DNA of 64,000 nt from Octopus vulgaris (Eukaryota): NCBI GenBank assembly GCA_951406725.2, contig OX597817.1, positions 152,272,001-152,336,000 of the forward strand, read 5' to 3'. The number at the start of each line of letters is the position of its first letter. Within the stretch, counting starts at the first letter, position 1. This document shows, piece by piece, positions 62,337 through 64,000 of the stretch. Made by a program: the position numbers and the translations under genes. Below the pieces are notes generated by a model that saw only the letters and a program-made list of their open reading frames with translations, searched no databases and had not been told where the DNA came from.

Positions 62337-62847
62337 CATAAACAAAAATTCTTATAATTATGAGTATAATTATAATTAGGGTTCAGCAAAAAATTTGCTT
62401 CACCACATACCAAAATTTAGAACTAGCACCCAAAATTAGCTATATCTCTTCCATAAGAAAATCTCCCAGACAACAATACTCAAACAACCCACATAGGTAA
62501 AGAGAAAAAAATAACGAATTCACTCGGTTTAGATTAACTGTGGATGCGTTTCGGAGTTAGATAGCTATGAAAAATGCAAAAACCACATTTCCATTCTATC
62601 ATTCTCACTGTGCTAAAATTTTATTTTAGAATTTCTGGGAGCAGCTGTCTTTGAAGACTCATATTGTTGTTAAATGCTCGAAATGAGGAGTGGAAGGACA
62701 GCCAGCAACTGATGAGGGGTCCTTTTTCTGTGTTTACTTGTCTTGGCTTCCACTTTTTTTCCAATGATTGCATCTTTAACTTGTTTGTTTACGTATTTCA
62801 GGTTATTTGCACCGTTGGTGATGTCCTATACCCATATATGCATGTAT

Positions 62848-62899
<52 letters not shown>

Positions 62900-63776
62900 T
62901 AATAAATAAAATATATGCATACATACAAACATATATGTACGTACCTACATCTACATGTACATATACATGCATATATAAATATATACCTGAGTACAGGACA
63001 CCACAACTAGACGTAGAACTCAACGAGAAACGAAAACGGAAAAACAAGCATGGAACAAACCATTTTTTTACAACAGAAAAACAGAGTACAAGACAAATAT
63101 ATATATAAATATATATATTTTATTTAATTGAACACAATGCTCCATTTCTAAGTAAGTATATATATATATATATCATCACCATTATTATTATCTTCACTAT
63201 CATCCTAATTCCATGCTGATATGGTTTGGATAGTTTAACACAGATCCAATGAGTCAAGGACTGCATCATACTCCAGAGTCTGCTTTGGCATGGTTGCTAC
63301 AACTGGATGCTTTCTTAATACCAACCACTTTACAGATTGGACTAAATGCATTTTTTGTGCCATGGCACTATTGAGGTTGCCATTTAGCTTCCAAGTTAAC
63401 AAACTCAGGGAGGGAAGATGTTACCTCTGTATGTTAGCTGGTGGTTAAGGTATGAGGAAGAGGTTGGAATAGAGCAGATTCCTGTGAAAGGTTCTAGAAG
63501 TTTTGCCTAACTCTATAAAAACTGGGAAATTGAGCTCCTGAATAGAACAACCTCAGGTGCTACACAAAACTCTATCAGTCAATTTTGTAATAAGGTGTTC
63601 TCATTTTTTCAACTTATTCTGTCTTTAATAACTGTGAAAGATTCTCATGTAAATAACAAAAATATTTTATGCAATGCAAACTTTTAATTATCATTATCTT
63701 CAGTATGTTGTTTTATTCAAATAACTGTTGCACATTTTTAAATGCAAATCTCCCAGGTGTTAAAAAATATATGCTT

Positions 63777-64000
63777 TTAACCCTTTCTTTACCAACCTGG
63801 CTGAAACCGCCTCTGGCTCTGTAGTACAAGTATCTTGTTTTCATAAGTTTTGAATTAAAATCTTCCACCAAACTTTAGTCACAATTTAAATTCCTAACAA
63901 TAGTTTAATGGTAACTAAGTTATTTTACTAAATTCTTTGTTATATTTAAAATAATTGAAAGAAACACAGAGCATCTCAAAATAAATACAGTAATGAAAGG
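63777..64000 (-). mobile_element. TTAA MITE, reverse copy of 4134-4366 (cut by window edge)
   Basis: Reverse complement of 4138-4362 along its length. Confidence 0.7.

Noticed and set aside
62000-64000. First coding exon of CFAP20DC (expected ~MFKNEYQ)
   Set aside because: No matching ATG exon with a GT donor found by eye. Probably beyond the window.

Overview
AT-rich, repeat-dense eukaryotic genomic DNA, most likely an octopus or other coleoid cephalopod. That assignment is an inference from the SINE and RTE repeat families and the (AT)n/(GAT)n/(TAA)n microsatellites. Manual splicing recovers two intron-rich genes in tandem on the minus strand, mostly missed by the ORF track. (1) A CFAP20DC/C3orf67 ortholog: 17 in-phase GT-AG exons from 61992 to the stop at 19740, 2691 nt or 896 codons plus stop. 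Its short first coding exon was not found and probably lies beyond 64000. (2) Nibrin (NBN/NBS1): coding exons 1-4 (8791-1077) covering the FHA domain and the start of BRCT, running off the left edge. Introns and intergenic DNA are packed with nested transposable elements: RTE LINEs (one nearly intact, with a PHD finger inside the RT region), many RTE 3'-UTR fragments, CR1 tails, four tRNA-SINE families, mariner, piggyBac, pogo-like and Kolobok-like elements, Helitrons and a solo LTR. The most notable non-gene signals are: an intact-core hammerhead ribozyme, sense to the CFAP20DC pre-mRNA (59775-59868); degenerate head-to-head Penelope-type hammerheads (14705-14791); a variable-copy array of ~55-60-nt two-hairpin units with conserved stems and variable loops in the RTE 3' UTR; and several long fold-back structures in the CFAP20DC last intron and 3' UTR, one of which contains the candidate poly(A) signal. 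Nothing was computed or searched. Repeat boundaries are approximate unless TSDs or TIRs are given.
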